Positions 30,759 through 41,892 of a stretch of DNA of 59,028 bases are shown here, piece after piece. The stretch is taken from assembly GCA_031268985.1 (NCBI GenBank), contig JAIRWN010000031.1, positions 1 to 59,028 on the forward strand. The letters are read 5' to 3'. This DNA comes from Holosporales bacterium. GTDB taxonomy: Bacteria > Pseudomonadota > Alphaproteobacteria > UBA3830 > JAIRWN01. The notes under the pieces are model-generated. The model made no database searches, was not told where the DNA came from, and saw nothing but the letters and a program-made list of their open reading frames with translations. Both the position numbers and the translations under genes were made by a program. Positions within the stretch are counted from its first letter, which is position 1. Every line of letters starts with the position of its first letter.

Positions 30759-32102
30759 TTAACCGGCTAAAAGATTTGATACATCCGCCATAATGCGCTT
30801 GACGGAATTTGTGTTCCTGCCTTCGACCATTAATCTTATAAGCGGCTCGGTACCTGAAGGCCTCACCAAGAGTCGACACCCTATTGATTCAGCCTGGTCA
30901 ACCAATTTAGCAAGTTCCAATTTGATGTGCTGCTCGTTCAGTAAAGATCTGTCTGCACATATATTTTGCAACAGTTGAGGATATGGATTAAATAGATGAC
31001 ATGCTTTGCTCGCTACCGAGGCTTTTTTTATAATTTTAAGCATGTGCAAGGCCGACAGGATGCCGTCCCCTGTGGGTGTTTGGCTGCCGACGATTATATG
31101 TCCGGACTGTTCGCCTCCGAGCGCCGATTTTTTGTTTGCCATCATTTGAGCAACAGACCTATCCCCCACATCGCTTCGATACACTTTAATCCCCCGTTCA
31201 GACAGGAAAACCTCTGCGCCAAGGTTGGACATAGTTGTCAGGACTACATTGCGTCCATTCAGAGTGCCATCTTTCAACATGTTTAGGGCGAGCGTTGCGA
31301 CGATAGCGTCGCCATCTATTATACGCCCAGTCTCGTCGCACATTATCAGGCGGTCGCCATCGCCGTCAAAGGAGATTCCTACATCTGCCTTGTTGAGCAA
31401 AACAAGGTCGATCAAAGTCTGAGGACATGTCGCTCCAAAACTTGCATTTATGTTTTTGCCATCCGGACTGCAGCCGGCAACTATTATTTTCGCGCCCAAG
31501 TCTTTGAAAAGCCTGGGCGCAATCTCAAAATTAGCTCCATTCGCGCAGTCTAAGGCTATATACATTCCATTTAAGGAAAAGTCGCCCCCGAGCTCGCTTA
31601 ATAAAGCCTTTTTATAGACTTGGTAGTATATTTCAACTGCCGGTTCAATTTTTTTAGAGCTTTGTTCATAGTCATTGTTTGTTGGCGCATACTCTAAGCA
31701 AGCATTGATTTTAACTATATGCTCATCCGAAAGTTTTTTTCCTTCTCGGGTGAATATTTTGACCCCATTGTCGCGACAGAGATTGTGCGAAGCGGTTATC
31801 GATATACCGCAATCAAACCCCAAATCCCTAGTAAGGAAAGAAACCGCCGGTGTTGGCAGTACGCCGCCACAAATTACTTCGATATTAAAAGAAGAAAAAC
31901 CTTCAATAAGCCCGTTCTCAAGCATACCGCCAGAGGCTCTGGTATCTTTGCCAATAAAAACGCGACTGATTTGCCCTAACGCTTCAGAAAGTACAATTGA
32001 GCGGGCTATCTGTGTACAACCAGCCAATGAGATCGGCCATTCCCCTACTTTTCCTCGGACCCCATCAGTTCCAAAAATGTTTCTTTCACCGCAAGAAAGC
32101 AC
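30759..32102 (-). CDS. glmM: Phosphoglucosamine mutase
   Basis: 447 aa with FGTDGVRG, the active-site ITASHN, FDGDGDR and GGEQSGH. The GTG start abuts the ftsH stop. Confidence 0.92.
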   Translation of the reverse strand: MLSCGERNIFGTDGVRGKVGEWPISLAGCTQIARSIVLSEALGQISRVFIGKDTRASGGMLENGLIEGFSSFNIEVICGGVLPTPAVSFLTRDLGFDCGISITASHNLCRDNGVKIFTREGKKLSDEHIVKINACLEYAPTNNDYEQSSKKIEPAVEIYYQVYKKALLSELGGDFSLNGMYIALDCANGANFEIAPRLFKDLGAKIIVAGCSPDGKNINASFGATCPQTLIDLVLLNKADVGISFDGDGDRLIMCDETGRIIDGDAIVATLALNMLKDGTLNGRNVVLTTMSNLGAEVFLSERGIKVYRSDVGDRSVAQMMANKKSALGGEQSGHIIVGSQTPTGDGILSALHMLKIIKKASVASKACHLFNPYPQLLQNICADRSLLNEQHIKLELAKLVDQAESIGCRLLVRPSGTEPLIRLMVEGRNTNSVKRIMADVSNLLAG

Positions 32103-34058
32103 TTAAGCGAATTCCGGGCTAAAGCTACTTTTGGATTTGCGTTTGCTTGAATCTGCTTTTTTGACCGAACTTTTGGGCGTCTTTTTGGCCTTGGAAGTTG
32201 GAAAATTAAGACGTTCACCTTTACTTGGCTTATCCTTGTCCTCCACAGGCACAGTTCGATTAAGAGATTCGCCACGTAAAATCGCTTTTATTTCATCTCC
32301 GCTTAGCGTTTCATAATCAATAAGTCCTTTTGCAATTATATGCAATTGCTTAACGTTATCTTTCAGTAGGTCATACGATTTTTTATAAAGCCTGTCGACG
32401 ACGCTACGAACCTCAGAGTCAATTTTCTGGGCGGTTGCCTCGGATATCTGGCGAGAGTTTGACATCGAATGTCCGAGGAACACGTCTTGAGACGATTCGG
32501 CATAGGACAAAAATCCAAGATTACCCATCCCCCACTCAATGATCATCCTTTTTGCTATATCTGTGGCTTGTTTTATATCAGAAGAAGCTCCAGTTGTAAT
32601 TTTGCCATAGCCGAACGTTAATTCTTCAGCAATTCTTCCGCCCATAGCAACACATAGGTCAGCCTCCAGCTTGTCTCTTGATACGGATATTCTGTCGCTT
32701 TCTGGCAAGCGCATGACCATTCCCAATGCTCTACCCCGTGGGATAATAGTTGCCTTATGTATGGGGTCAGAATCATCCATATGAAGCGCGACCACGGCGT
32801 GTCCAGCTTCGTGATAAGCCGTTAAACGCTTTTCTTCGGCGGACATTACCATAGACCTGCGTTCTATCCCCATCAAAACTTTATCTTTCGCCGCTTCGAA
32901 TTCCGACATGCTCACTTGCCGTTTTCCCCTTCTGGCCGCAAGTAACGTGGCCTCATTTACCAAATTCGCCAAGTCCGCGCCTGAAAAACCCGGCGTACCT
33001 CGGGCGATTACCATAAGATCCACATCGTCGGATAAAATCACCTTCTTGGAGTGCACTTTCAAAATCTTTTCTCGTCCATTCAGGTCTGGATTGAGAACAA
33101 CAATCTGACGACCAAATCTGCCCGGCCTGAGCAGAGCCGGATCTAACACGTCTGGCCTGTTGGTCGCCGCTATTATTATGACCCCGGTATTGTCCTCAAA
33201 GCCGTCCATTTCAACAAGCAGCTGGTTTAACGTTTGCTCTCTTTCATCGTTGCCTCCGCCCAAACCAAACCCTCTGTGACGGCCAACTGCGTCAATTTCG
33301 TCAATAAAGATTATACACGGCGCATTACGTTTACCTTGCTCAAACATGTCCCGCACACGGCTTGCGCCAACGCCCACAAACATTTCAACAAATTCGGAAC
33401 CGGATATGCTGAAAAACGGAACGCCGGCTTCTCCGGCGATTGCGCGCGCCAGAAGCGTTTTCCCTGTTCCCGGAGGGCCGACAAGAAGTACTCCGCGTGG
33501 TATTTTTCCGCCAAGCCGCTGAAATTTTTTTGGATCTTTCAAAAAATCAACGATTTCGCCAAGCTCGTTTTTTGCTTCATCTATTCCGGCCACGTCATCA
33601 AATTTAATTTTGACGACTTTTTCTCCAAGCATTTTTGCTTTGGACTTCCCGAACCCCAAGGCTTTGTTTCCACCGGTCTGCATTTGCCTCCAGAAAAAGA
33701 ACCATCCTCCCAATAACAAAAGCATCGGGAACCAGCTTAGAATGAGATGTAAAAAAGAAAATTGATCATCGTCCCGCGGAACGACGTTTATCTGTACTCC
33801 TTTTGATGAGAGTTTTTTTATCAAATCCGGGTCGTAAGGAGCGTAGGTTCTCGACAACAGCCTTTCGTTGTTTACTATTATAATATTTTGCCCTTTTATA
33901 TCCACTCGGGCAATCTTACCTTGATCTATATCCTGAAGAAAATCGCTATACGGCACACTTACTAAGCCGTTAGACTTGTCTTGGAATATATTAAATAACG
34001 CAACGACAGATATCGCGATTATAATCCATAAAAACGCGTTTCTTCCAATCTTATTCAC
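32103..34058 (-). CDS. ftsH: ATP-dependent zinc metalloprotease FtsH
   Basis: 651 aa with Walker [14 protein letters not shown], the SRH region, the HEAGHA zinc motif and a Lys-rich C-terminal tail. Confidence 0.95.
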   Translation of the reverse strand: MNKIGRNAFLWIIIAISVVALFNIFQDKSNGLVSVPYSDFLQDIDQGKIARVDIKGQNIIIVNNERLLSRTYAPYDPDLIKKLSSKGVQINVVPRDDDQFSFLHLILSWFPMLLLLGGWFFFWRQMQTGGNKALGFGKSKAKMLGEKVVKIKFDDVAGIDEAKNELGEIVDFLKDPKKFQRLGGKIPRGVLLVGPPGTGKTLLARAIAGEAGVPFFSISGSEFVEMFVGVGASRVRDMFEQGKRNAPCIIFIDEIDAVGRHRGFGLGGGNDEREQTLNQLLVEMDGFEDNTGVIIIAATNRPDVLDPALLRPGRFGRQIVVLNPDLNGREKILKVHSKKVILSDDVDLMVIARGTPGFSGADLANLVNEATLLAARRGKRQVSMSEFEAAKDKVLMGIERRSMVMSAEEKRLTAYHEAGHAVVALHMDDSDPIHKATIIPRGRALGMVMRLPESDRISVSRDKLEADLCVAMGGRIAEELTFGYGKITTGASSDIKQATDIAKRMIIEWGMGNLGFLSYAESSQDVFLGHSMSNSRQISEATAQKIDSEVRSVVDRLYKKSYDLLKDNVKQLHIIAKGLIDYETLSGDEIKAILRGESLNRTVPVEDKDKPSKGERLNFPTSKAKKTPKSSVKKADSSKRKSKSSFSPEFA

Positions 34059-34081
34059 AACAGAATTCCATGATTAATACA

Positions 34082-35452
34082 CTACTTACGTCTCAAGAAA
34101 GCAGGAATGTCCAGCTCGTCAACTTCGACTCCCAAAGACAAATCTTTTCCCCGAGCACAGCTTGGCCGAAGCTCTTCATCGGAACTGTGAGGTTTTTCTT
34201 TCTTTTTTCGCCGGAACCCCCATTTTTCAAAAAACGATACAGCCCTTTTCTTTTTGCCTTGCTTGCTCGAATCTTCATCGAGGTTTGCGGTACCAGAATC
34301 GTCTTCCTTCTCTTCCGGAACTTTCGCACTATCCATGCCGTCAACATTGGTAGCGGCAACACTGCTTTCTACGTTACTGCTAGTGCTGAAAAGACTTGCA
34401 GGAATATCCTGAACTGCGCGCTGATTATGTGTTTCAGTTACGTCAATGCCTGTAGCAACTACTGATACACGCATATTACCCTGCATCGATTCATCAAACG
34501 CAGACCCGAAAATTATGTTGGCATCCGGATCAACTTCTTCCCTGATTCTGTTAGCGGCTTCGTCAACCTCATACAACGTCATGTCAAGGCCGCCGGTGAT
34601 ATTAATAAGCACGGCCCTTGCGCCTTTCATTGAAACCTCAAGAAGTAACGGATTTGAAATAGCGGCCTCTGCGGCGTCAAGTGCTCTACGTTCTCCGGTT
34701 CCGTCACCGGTTCCCATCATGGCTTTACCCATCTCGCTCATAATTGTACAAATATCGTTAAAATCAAGGTTAATAAGACCCGGTCTTACCATGAGATCTG
34801 TTATGCCTTGTACTCCAGAGCGAAGAACGTCATCCGCCATCTTAAACGCGTCAACAAACGTCGTTTTTTCGTTTGCTACGCGAAACAAATTCTGATTGGG
34901 AATTATTATTAACGTATCAACAAATCGCTGAAGCTCGTCAATTCCTTTCTCGGCCGTGCGCATACGATGTATACCTTCGAAATGAAAAGGCTTAGTTACG
35001 ACCCCAATTGTCAAAATCCCCTGATCTCTAGCCATTTTTGCGACAACTGGCCCGGCGCCGGTTCCGGTTCCACCTCCCATTCCGGCCGTAATAAACACCA
35101 TGTTGCTGCCCTTAAGGCATTCCATAATGTCGTTCTCGGCCTCTTCTGCTGAGGCTCTGCCGACTTCAGGACGCGAACCCGCCCCAAGCCCTTGAGTAAT
35201 GCTCGGTCCCAGCTGAATTTTCATGCTTGCAAGCGAGCTGGAAAGAGCTTGCGAGTCGGTATTGGCGACAACGAAATCAATCCCCTCAAGCCTGGATCGA
35301 ATCATATTGTTGACCGCGTTACCTCCGGCCCCTCCAACGCCGAATACTGTTATTCTTGGACGCAAACTGGCGACGTCTTGATTGAACAAAGCTCTTTGCT
35401 CCGGCTGTTTGACGGCTTTTTTGGGTTCTTTTGTTTCTGAATCTGCGGACAT
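34082..35452 (-). CDS. ftsZ: Cell division GTPase FtsZ
   Basis: 456 aa with [13 protein letters not shown], the tubulin signature [13 protein letters not shown] and a C-terminal conserved peptide DIPAFLRRK. Confidence 0.95.
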   Translation of the reverse strand: MSADSETKEPKKAVKQPEQRALFNQDVASLRPRITVFGVGGAGGNAVNNMIRSRLEGIDFVVANTDSQALSSSLASMKIQLGPSITQGLGAGSRPEVGRASAEEAENDIMECLKGSNMVFITAGMGGGTGTGAGPVVAKMARDQGILTIGVVTKPFHFEGIHRMRTAEKGIDELQRFVDTLIIIPNQNLFRVANEKTTFVDAFKMADDVLRSGVQGITDLMVRPGLINLDFNDICTIMSEMGKAMMGTGDGTGERRALDAAEAAISNPLLLEVSMKGARAVLINITGGLDMTLYEVDEAANRIREEVDPDANIIFGSAFDESMQGNMRVSVVATGIDVTETHNQRAVQDIPASLFSTSSNVESSVAATNVDGMDSAKVPEEKEDDSGTANLDEDSSKQGKKKRAVSFFEKWGFRRKKKEKPHSSDEELRPSCARGKDLSLGVEVDELDIPAFLRRK

Positions 35453-35744
35453 GCGACAACTTCCTCTAGCAAATCTTGCGCAAAATCATACCACTCTATA
35501 GTGATGAAGCGCAATATACCAAAAAGAGAAGTGAGCCTTAATTATGCGGCATATTTTTTAAGAGCAATAGGGCTCTAAAATTGGATAATCCGACTCTGAT
35601 TATGGCTTCGGATTCTATGTGAACTGCGACAATAAAAAATATTGTCAATACCGCTTTGTCGAGTATGCGCTTAACAAATTTCTTCAAAAAAAAGCGAATA
35701 TCTTTTAGGATAACCCAAGAAAATCAAAAATTCTATAGTTCGGT

Positions 35745-36674
35745 GTGCAAATGAAATCCAAATTATTGATTATAGGTTCTGGGCCGGCGGGATGCACGGC
35801 TGCCATATACGCTGTGCGCGCCGGAATTGAAACTGTTCAAATGCTTGGCCCACAGCCTGGCGGACAACTGTCGTCCACAACCGAAATCGAAAATTTTCCG
35901 GGATTTCCTGATTTTATAAAAGGACCCGATCTGACAGATGCTATGTTAGCGCAAGCAAAGAAACTTGGAGCAGCCCAGGTGCATGACGAAATCGTTAATG
36001 TCGATTTTTCCTGCTTGCCGTTCAACGTGCAGGGTGAATCCGGAGTTAGCTATTTGGCGGATTCTATTATAATTGCGACAGGAGCTAAGGCCAAGCATCT
36101 TGGCATTCCCGGTGAAGAAGCTCTCCGCGGCGCAGGAGTGTCGTATTGCGCGACATGTGACGGGTTTTTCTTTCGAAAAAAACGGGTAGCCGTAATAGGT
36201 GGAGGTAACACCGCTGTTGAAGAAGCGATTTATCTTAGCGGGCTTGTGGAGCATGTAACTCTGATTCACAGAAGAGATGTGCTACGGGCCGATAAGGTCA
36301 ACCAAAACAAATTATTTTGTTTATCTAACGCGAGTATTGTTTGGGACAGTGTAGTAACAGAAATTTCTGGCATCGAAGGTAAGCGAGTCGCCGGCATTGT
36401 AATCAAAAATTTGAAAACCAATAAAATCAGCGCATTGAATTTGGATGGCGTTTTTGTCGCGGTGGGTTATACGCCGGCAACAGGCATTTTCAACGACAAA
36501 CTTAACCTAGACAATGGCGGGTATATTTTATCTGACAAAGCAGGCAAAACGTCAGTCGAAGGGGTTTTTGCCGCAGGGGACGTAGTTTCGTCCGTTATTA
36601 AGCAAGCTGTAGTCGCCGCCGCTTCTGGTTGCATTACCGCCAATTCAGCCAAACTCTGGCTCGAAAGATTTTAG
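35745..36674 (+). CDS. trxB: Thioredoxin-disulfide reductase
   Basis: 309 aa with GSGPAG, the redox CATCDG and GGGNTAVEEA. ATG at 35751 is an alternative start. Confidence 0.92.
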   Translation: MQMKSKLLIIGSGPAGCTAAIYAVRAGIETVQMLGPQPGGQLSSTTEIENFPGFPDFIKGPDLTDAMLAQAKKLGAAQVHDEIVNVDFSCLPFNVQGESGVSYLADSIIIATGAKAKHLGIPGEEALRGAGVSYCATCDGFFFRKKRVAVIGGGNTAVEEAIYLSGLVEHVTLIHRRDVLRADKVNQNKLFCLSNASIVWDSVVTEISGIEGKRVAGIVIKNLKTNKISALNLDGVFVAVGYTPATGIFNDKLNLDNGGYILSDKAGKTSVEGVFAAGDVVSSVIKQAVVAAASGCITANSAKLWLERF

Positions 36675-36770
36675 ATCGTCAAACATTGCTGACAGACAGA
36701 GTTTTTATGTAAAAACTATCAACTGTTTATTTTTGCCTTTTCTAACGTCTGTATTTGTAAATATTTTTTG

Positions 36771-36798
36771 TTGACAATATAAAAATATACGCTATACA
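36771..36798 (+). promoter_or_regulatory. Putative sigma70 promoter (TTGACA-16 nt-TATACA) of the 36828 orphan
   Basis: Consensus -35 TTGACA at 36771-36776 and TATACA at 36793-36798, within an AT-rich 150-bp intergenic region. Confidence 0.4.
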
Positions 36799-36827
36799 TT
36801 TTATACAGTAATTGTCAGGAAAAACAA

Positions 36828-37697
36828 ATGAAAATTGTTAACAAATTAGTATTCGTTGGGGTGTTGTCGATTGCTATTTTAGCAAACGCCGCAGCGCCGA
36901 GCTCTTTATTAGCTCCATTTGACGCAAAAGAGGATGAAAATGTACATGATATAGCGACACGTATGAAAGCAGCAAACGCTCATGGGCAACTCATCGAAGC
37001 AATAGTGATGATCAATGGCGCAGACGCTAGGGATGTTCTAGAAGATCGCGGGATTAGCAAGGATAAATATGAAGCATTCGCAGTAGAAACATTGACCAAT
37101 TGCCTTGCTGCCATAGATCCAAATCGGGCATTATATGACGAAGGCAATCGTAGAAGGTTGCTTGGAATTCTAAAAGAATTTTGGAACAATGGACATGCGG
37201 CAATGGAAACTGATCCAGAAACAGGCATAGACCCAGCGATGATTATGATGAATACAGTTTGCGTATTGAATAATAATATAGCCGATGAAAAAACTTTCTC
37301 ACTTGTTGTGCATGCCCTTCAAGATGCGGCTAATCCAGAGACAGGCGGCCAATGTCTTCAGGGGTATACAGTAAGATTGACGGTGGCTCTGTTAGAACAT
37401 TTCCGGCAAATGGGGCGCGAAGCGAGTCAAAACGCCGAGGCTCAGAGAGCTAGAGAGCTCGGCATTCCCGAGCGTTTCGCAGGTAGAATCGATGAAATAA
37501 TTGAACGGCTCAGAGGCTTGGGGATGACTATTGAAGATTTTCTAATAACGGATATCGGATTTGGGCAACTTTTGAGTAACGAGTCGCCGAGTCGTAGACC
37601 TACAAGCGTTTCTCTAGCTCCCGTTCGAGGCGAAGAAGAAGATGAAGAACTTGTTATAGACCCTGACCCTGATGATGAGGAAGTTTCTTTCGAATAA
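36828..37697 (+). CDS. Secreted hypothetical protein with acidic C-terminal tail (no recognisable domain)
   Basis: 289 aa. AGGAAA SD, signal peptide MKIVNKLVFVGVLSIAILANA-AAP, a helical body and the tail RGEEEDEELVIDPDPDDEEVSFE. It has its own promoter-like and terminator signals. Confidence 0.6.
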   Translation: MKIVNKLVFVGVLSIAILANAAAPSSLLAPFDAKEDENVHDIATRMKAANAHGQLIEAIVMINGADARDVLEDRGISKDKYEAFAVETLTNCLAAIDPNRALYDEGNRRRLLGILKEFWNNGHAAMETDPETGIDPAMIMMNTVCVLNNNIADEKTFSLVVHALQDAANPETGGQCLQGYTVRLTVALLEHFRQMGREASQNAEAQRARELGIPERFAGRIDEIIERLRGLGMTIEDFLITDIGFGQLLSNESPSRRPTSVSLAPVRGEEEDEELVIDPDPDDEEVSFE

Positions 37698-37722
37698 GTA
37701 AAGTTATATCTTAACAATTAGG

Positions 37723-37760
37723 CTGCTTCATCGATATATATATTGATGAAGCAGGTTTTT
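37723..37760 (+). terminator. Rho-independent terminator of the 36828 orphan
   Basis: Perfect 10-bp stem: CTGCTTCATC (37723-37732) pairs with GATGAAGCAG (37745-37754), followed by GTTTTT. Confidence 0.75.
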
Positions 37761-38025
37761 CTATAGCGCTTTTTCGCGTATGCAATTAAGATTGCGACAA
37801 CCAATACATTATCGCCGTCTTCTGTGTATGAAATTGGCGGCTCAACTAAACCAGCTCGGCAGATATTATAAAAGGATTTATATTTTTCCGATCAAACTAT
37901 CCCGTATACTCGGAGCTTTAATGGTATGTTGATGTCGCATTGAAAAGTTTTTTAACGCAATAGAAGCTGTTCTCAACTGACCTGAATTAACAACCTTCCG
38001 GCATGTAAACTTGAGCTGCGTAATT

Positions 38026-39300
38026 CTAAGCTCTTTTGATTCCTTTTTTGGAAATCTTTTTAAAAACAATATTAGGGCGTTTTTCGCTTAATATGGATTC
38101 TTTCGTAAATATAACACGTTCCACATTGCCCTCAGATGGCAGTTCATACATAGTTTTAAGTAACGCATCTTCCATTATTGAAGATAATCCCCTCGCCCCT
38201 GTCTTTATCTTTAATGCATTGTTCGCAATGGCTTTTAGGGCGTCTTTCGTGAAATTAAGCTCGGCATTTTCCATGTTGAACAATTGTTTATATTGCTTAA
38301 CTAAAGCGTTCTTCGGCGTGGTTAATATCTCGACCAGCGCGTTTTGATCAAGATCGGAAAGCACAGCTATAATCGGTAAACGTCCAATAAATTCAGGAAT
38401 AAGCCCGTATTTAAGCAAATCTTCCGGCTCGACCTTTCCAAGCACTTTAATGCTTGTCATTTCGCTCGTTTTGTCTATTTGCGCGCCAAATCCGATCGAA
38501 GAAGCGCTAGTCCTATGCGATATAACTTTTTCCAGACCAGTAAACGCTCCACCGCATATGAACAGTATGTCTTGAGTATTTACTTGTAAAAGCTCTTGTT
38601 GAGGGTGTTTACGGCCGCCTTGCGGCGGAACCGAGGCGATAGTTCCCTCCATTAGTTTTAAAAGCGCCTGTTGTACGCCTTCCCCGGATACATCACGCGT
38701 AATTGAGGGATTTTCGGATTTCCTGGAAATCTTGTCAATTTCATCTATGTAGACGATGCCTCTTTGAGCTTTCTCAACGTTATAGTCAGACGCTTGAAGC
38801 AGTCTTAATATTATATTCTCGACGTCCTCGCCCACATACCCAGCCTCGGTCAATGTAGTCGCGTCCGCGATTGTAAAAGGTACGTCTAGGATTTTTGCCA
38901 GAGTCTGAGCAAATAGCGTTTTCCCGGTACCCGTCGGGCCAATAATAAGGATGTTAGCCTTCCTAAGTTCCAAATCGTCGACGCCAACAGTATCCTTGTA
39001 TACTAGCCTTTTATAATGGTTATATACCGCAACGGATAAGATTATCTTTGCGTGGTCTTGGCCTACAATATACTTGTCAAGAATCTGTTTTATTTCTTTT
39101 GGTTTTTTAGTCCCTTTTGAGAGGTCGCATGCGCAAGACTTTTTTACCTCGGCCATTATCTCGTTGCATACATTGACGCAGTCGTCACATATGAATACGG
39201 CCGGTCCAGCAATAAGCCTTTTTACTTCCTGTTGGTTCTTGCCACAAAACGAACAGCACAAAAAGCCTTTTTCTCTATCGTTCATAGAGGCCTTAGACAT
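38026..39300 (-). CDS. clpX: ATP-dependent Clp protease ATP-binding subunit ClpX
   Basis: 424 aa with the zinc-binding CSFCGK...CDDC, Walker [16 protein letters not shown] and the IGF-type loop. Confidence 0.95.
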   Translation of the reverse strand: MSKASMNDREKGFLCCSFCGKNQQEVKRLIAGPAVFICDDCVNVCNEIMAEVKKSCACDLSKGTKKPKEIKQILDKYIVGQDHAKIILSVAVYNHYKRLVYKDTVGVDDLELRKANILIIGPTGTGKTLFAQTLAKILDVPFTIADATTLTEAGYVGEDVENIILRLLQASDYNVEKAQRGIVYIDEIDKISRKSENPSITRDVSGEGVQQALLKLMEGTIASVPPQGGRKHPQQELLQVNTQDILFICGGAFTGLEKVISHRTSASSIGFGAQIDKTSEMTSIKVLGKVEPEDLLKYGLIPEFIGRLPIIAVLSDLDQNALVEILTTPKNALVKQYKQLFNMENAELNFTKDALKAIANNALKIKTGARGLSSIMEDALLKTMYELPSEGNVERVIFTKESILSEKRPNIVFKKISKKGIKRA

Positions 39301-39577
39301 ATAGAGTCAATCCTTATTAAAACCAATCTTGCAACAAATTAACTCAGAAATGGTTAACTGTCATAGCCAATCTTGGCTTTACCAGAACACGCGCGCAAAC
39401 AAAACGTAAATTTCCAAGAATAATGGCTGGAGTTTGATCGGCAGCATATTTTAAATACAAGTCAAAATTTTTCAAGCGTTTATCAAACTCATTGATGTTA
39501 AACCCTTTCTCATATTTCTTGAGCAACAAAATTAATATCAAACTCGTAATTAAATAATGGGAATAATTTTCGATACG

Positions 39578-40243
39578 TTAATAGTATTTCTTTAAGTAAT
39601 TTATCGGATCGTCATGCATTCGAGTTTCTATATCGGCGACGATCTTTCCGCTTTTCAACAGAACGATTCTATCTGATATTTCCGTCAAAAAATCCAAATT
39701 GTGTGACGCAATCACCATAGTGACTCCGGCGGTTTCGCATACAGATTTCAGTAATAAAACCACATCCGTTGTTGTAGCGACGTCTAAGCCAGACGTTGGT
39801 TCATCGCATAGCAATGTTTCCGGATCTATCATCAAACTTCTGGCAAGAGCAACGCGTTGTTTTTCTCCCCCGGATAATGATTTCGGATATGCGTGTTTTT
39901 TTGATTCCAACCCTAAATTTCTCATTAGAGCGTTTGCTTGTTGTTCTTTATCATGCTTTTTATGTTTTTTTTTGTTCAAATTCGGAGCATACAGCAGATT
40001 CTGTATAACCGTCATGTGAGGAAAGAGCTGAAAATCTTGGAACATAAAACACATTTTTCCATTGTGTTCTATCGAGCCTCGATCCGGAGTTTCAAGGCCT
40101 TGCATACATCTCAGTAACGTAGATTTTCCACTTCCGGACGGGCCGGCCAGCCCGAATACCTTGGATTTCGATATGTCGACGGCAATCCCCTCAAGCACTT
40201 TTGTATCGTTAAACGACTTATAAACGTCATTAACCTTTAACAT
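39578..40243 (-). CDS. Polar amino-acid ABC transporter ATP-binding protein
   Basis: Walker A GPSGSGKST, signature LSGGEKQRV and Walker B LLCDEPTSGLD. The start MLKVNDVYKSF at 40243 is preferred over the track's 40333; it overlaps the permease stop by 14 nt. Confidence 0.88.
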   Translation of the reverse strand: MLKVNDVYKSFNDTKVLEGIAVDISKSKVFGLAGPSGSGKSTLLRCMQGLETPDRGSIEHNGKMCFMFQDFQLFPHMTVIQNLLYAPNLNKKKHKKHDKEQQANALMRNLGLESKKHAYPKSLSGGEKQRVALARSLMIDPETLLCDEPTSGLDVATTTDVVLLLKSVCETAGVTMVIASHNLDFLTEISDRIVLLKSGKIVADIETRMHDDPINYLKKYY

Positions 40244-40883
40244 GCAATTGCTTGCTCTCGATTTTTTTCCCGACAAACTCAATAAGCGCCACCAGCAAGT
40301 AGTAATAAACTCCGGCGATGCACAGTGGCACAAAATATTCGTATCGCTCGGCAGCCAAAGTTTGTGAGCGTCTCATAATATCAGCCCCTCCTATCGTGGC
40401 GATTAATGCTGTTTCTTTCAGTAAAGTAATGATTTCATTCACAAGAGCAGGAAAGATGTCCGCGATAACTTGCGGCATTATAATATCTTTCCACATGTAA
40501 AACTTTGGTATTCCAAGAGTTTGGGCCGCTTCAAATTGCCCCTTTGCCAGACTTTCTATGCCAGATCTCAGTATTTCGGCAATATATGCCGAACTGTTAA
40601 CGCCGAATGCAATAATACCGGCGGATGTAGCGCTTAATCTTATTCCAAGAACACACGGCACAGAAAAATATATAAGGCTCAGCTGTAAAATCAAAGGGGT
40701 TCCCCTTATAACAGAAACGGCGCGATCAATCAAAAACGTACATATCCTGCTGATATTGCTGTATCTCAGTATCGATAGCAGCGATCCGACGGTCGCGCCT
40801 ATCAAAAAGCTCCCGACCAACAGCTGCAGAGTAATCGCTAATCCTGCGCCTATGCACAAAAAACTCGAAATTAATTTTTCCAC
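40230..40883 (-). CDS. Polar amino-acid ABC transporter permease (HisM/GlnP family)
   Basis: 217 aa with 5 TM segments and an EAA-type loop: YIAEILRSGIESLAKGQFEAAQTLG. Confidence 0.85.
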   Translation of the reverse strand: MEKLISSFLCIGAGLAITLQLLVGSFLIGATVGSLLSILRYSNISRICTFLIDRAVSVIRGTPLILQLSLIYFSVPCVLGIRLSATSAGIIAFGVNSSAYIAEILRSGIESLAKGQFEAAQTLGIPKFYMWKDIIMPQVIADIFPALVNEIITLLKETALIATIGGADIMRRSQTLAAERYEYFVPLCIAGVYYYLLVALIEFVGKKIESKQLHVKG

Positions 40884-40886
40884 TCT

Positions 40887-41612
40887 TTATTCCGTCAGCC
40901 ACTTTCTTTTCAATTTTTCCACCTCACCTTCTGATGTAAGTTTTCTCAAAGAATCGTTAATTTTCTCCTTCAGATGAGCCCCTTTTTTCATAGCTATCGC
41001 ATATCCGTCTCCGGACTCTGCAATGGGCGAGTATGCCAGACCGGGATTTTTTTTACAAAAAGTCGACGCTTGAATTTCGTCCATAAATACGCAATCAACA
41101 TGTCCGGCTTTCAAAGATTCTATTGCCTGATTGTTATTATCAACCGTAGTTAGCGACACATGAGGAACATTTTTCCGAAGCCATATTTCCATAGTGCTGC
41201 CCGATTGACAAACAATCTTCACTTCCGCCAACTGAGACCGTGTTACCGGATTGTCTCGTTTATATACCGTAGCAAAGCTCTCAGAATAGTATTCTTCGGA
41301 AAAATCACAGCTCTCTTCCCTTTTTTTTGTAACCGCCAATGCCGAAATGGCCGCATCAACCATCTCATTTTTGACAGACACTATTATCGCCAGAAACTGC
41401 ATATCTCTAAAAACGGCTCTTTTACCTAACTTTTTAGCTATTAATTCCGCCAACTCTATATCAAAACCGACAATTTTTCCGTTCTCGTAGTATTCAAACG
41501 GAGGATAGTCCGCGCAGACGGCAAATTCTATTACATTTTTTTCATTTTCTTCTTTACAACCCGACAATAAAAAAAGAACGGCCGCCAGCAATATATGTAC
41601 ATGCTTTTTCAT
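40887..41612 (-). CDS. Polar amino-acid ABC transporter substrate-binding lipoprotein
   Basis: 241 aa with lipobox LLSGC and SBP_bac_3-type motifs (YPPFEY, GFDIELA). Confidence 0.82.
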   Translation of the reverse strand: MKKHVHILLAAVLFLLSGCKEENEKNVIEFAVCADYPPFEYYENGKIVGFDIELAELIAKKLGKRAVFRDMQFLAIIVSVKNEMVDAAISALAVTKKREESCDFSEEYYSESFATVYKRDNPVTRSQLAEVKIVCQSGSTMEIWLRKNVPHVSLTTVDNNNQAIESLKAGHVDCVFMDEIQASTFCKKNPGLAYSPIAESGDGYAIAMKKGAHLKEKINDSLRKLTSEGEVEKLKRKWLTE

Positions 41613-41739
41613 TTTAAGTCTCTCATTGCTAAAATAATTCAGCTTTATAAGCTAGTTAAATCAGGCATTCGGCTGTACGAACAGAACTGACTGCTGTCGC
41701 CGATGACATACAATATTTTCCACGATTCCAACGGTTGAA

Positions 41740-41769
41740 ACTATAGTTGGCTTTTTGGCTGAGTGTCAA
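41740..41769 (-). promoter_or_regulatory. Putative promoter of the amino-acid ABC operon (TTGACA-18 nt-TATAGT on the minus strand)
   Basis: The reverse complement of 41764-41769 is TTGACA and of 41740-41745 is TATAGT, about 130 nt upstream of the SBP start. Confidence 0.35.
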
Positions 41770-41892
41770 TCGGATTTTTCGTTTCTGCCGACGCTGTTAA
41801 AAACTGCGCCGCTATTGTCTAGTTTTTTAATAGTAAGCGCCCCAATCTTATATGAAATTTTCTGCGGCCCTCCGATGTTATAGGCGTCAGCC

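Noticed and set aside
39344-39541. 65-aa minus-strand ORF between the ABC ATPase gene and clpX
   Set aside because: It has only a TTG start, no in-frame ATG until the last 7 codons, no SD and no recognisable family. It is more likely the clpX promoter/leader region.
39965-39973. T9 (A9 in the coding sense) homopolymer inside the ABC ATPase gene
   Set aside because: It encodes an in-frame Lys run (NKKKHKK) in a linker, and the reading frame is intact on both sides. It is noted only as a potential slippage-prone site, with no evidence of a switch.
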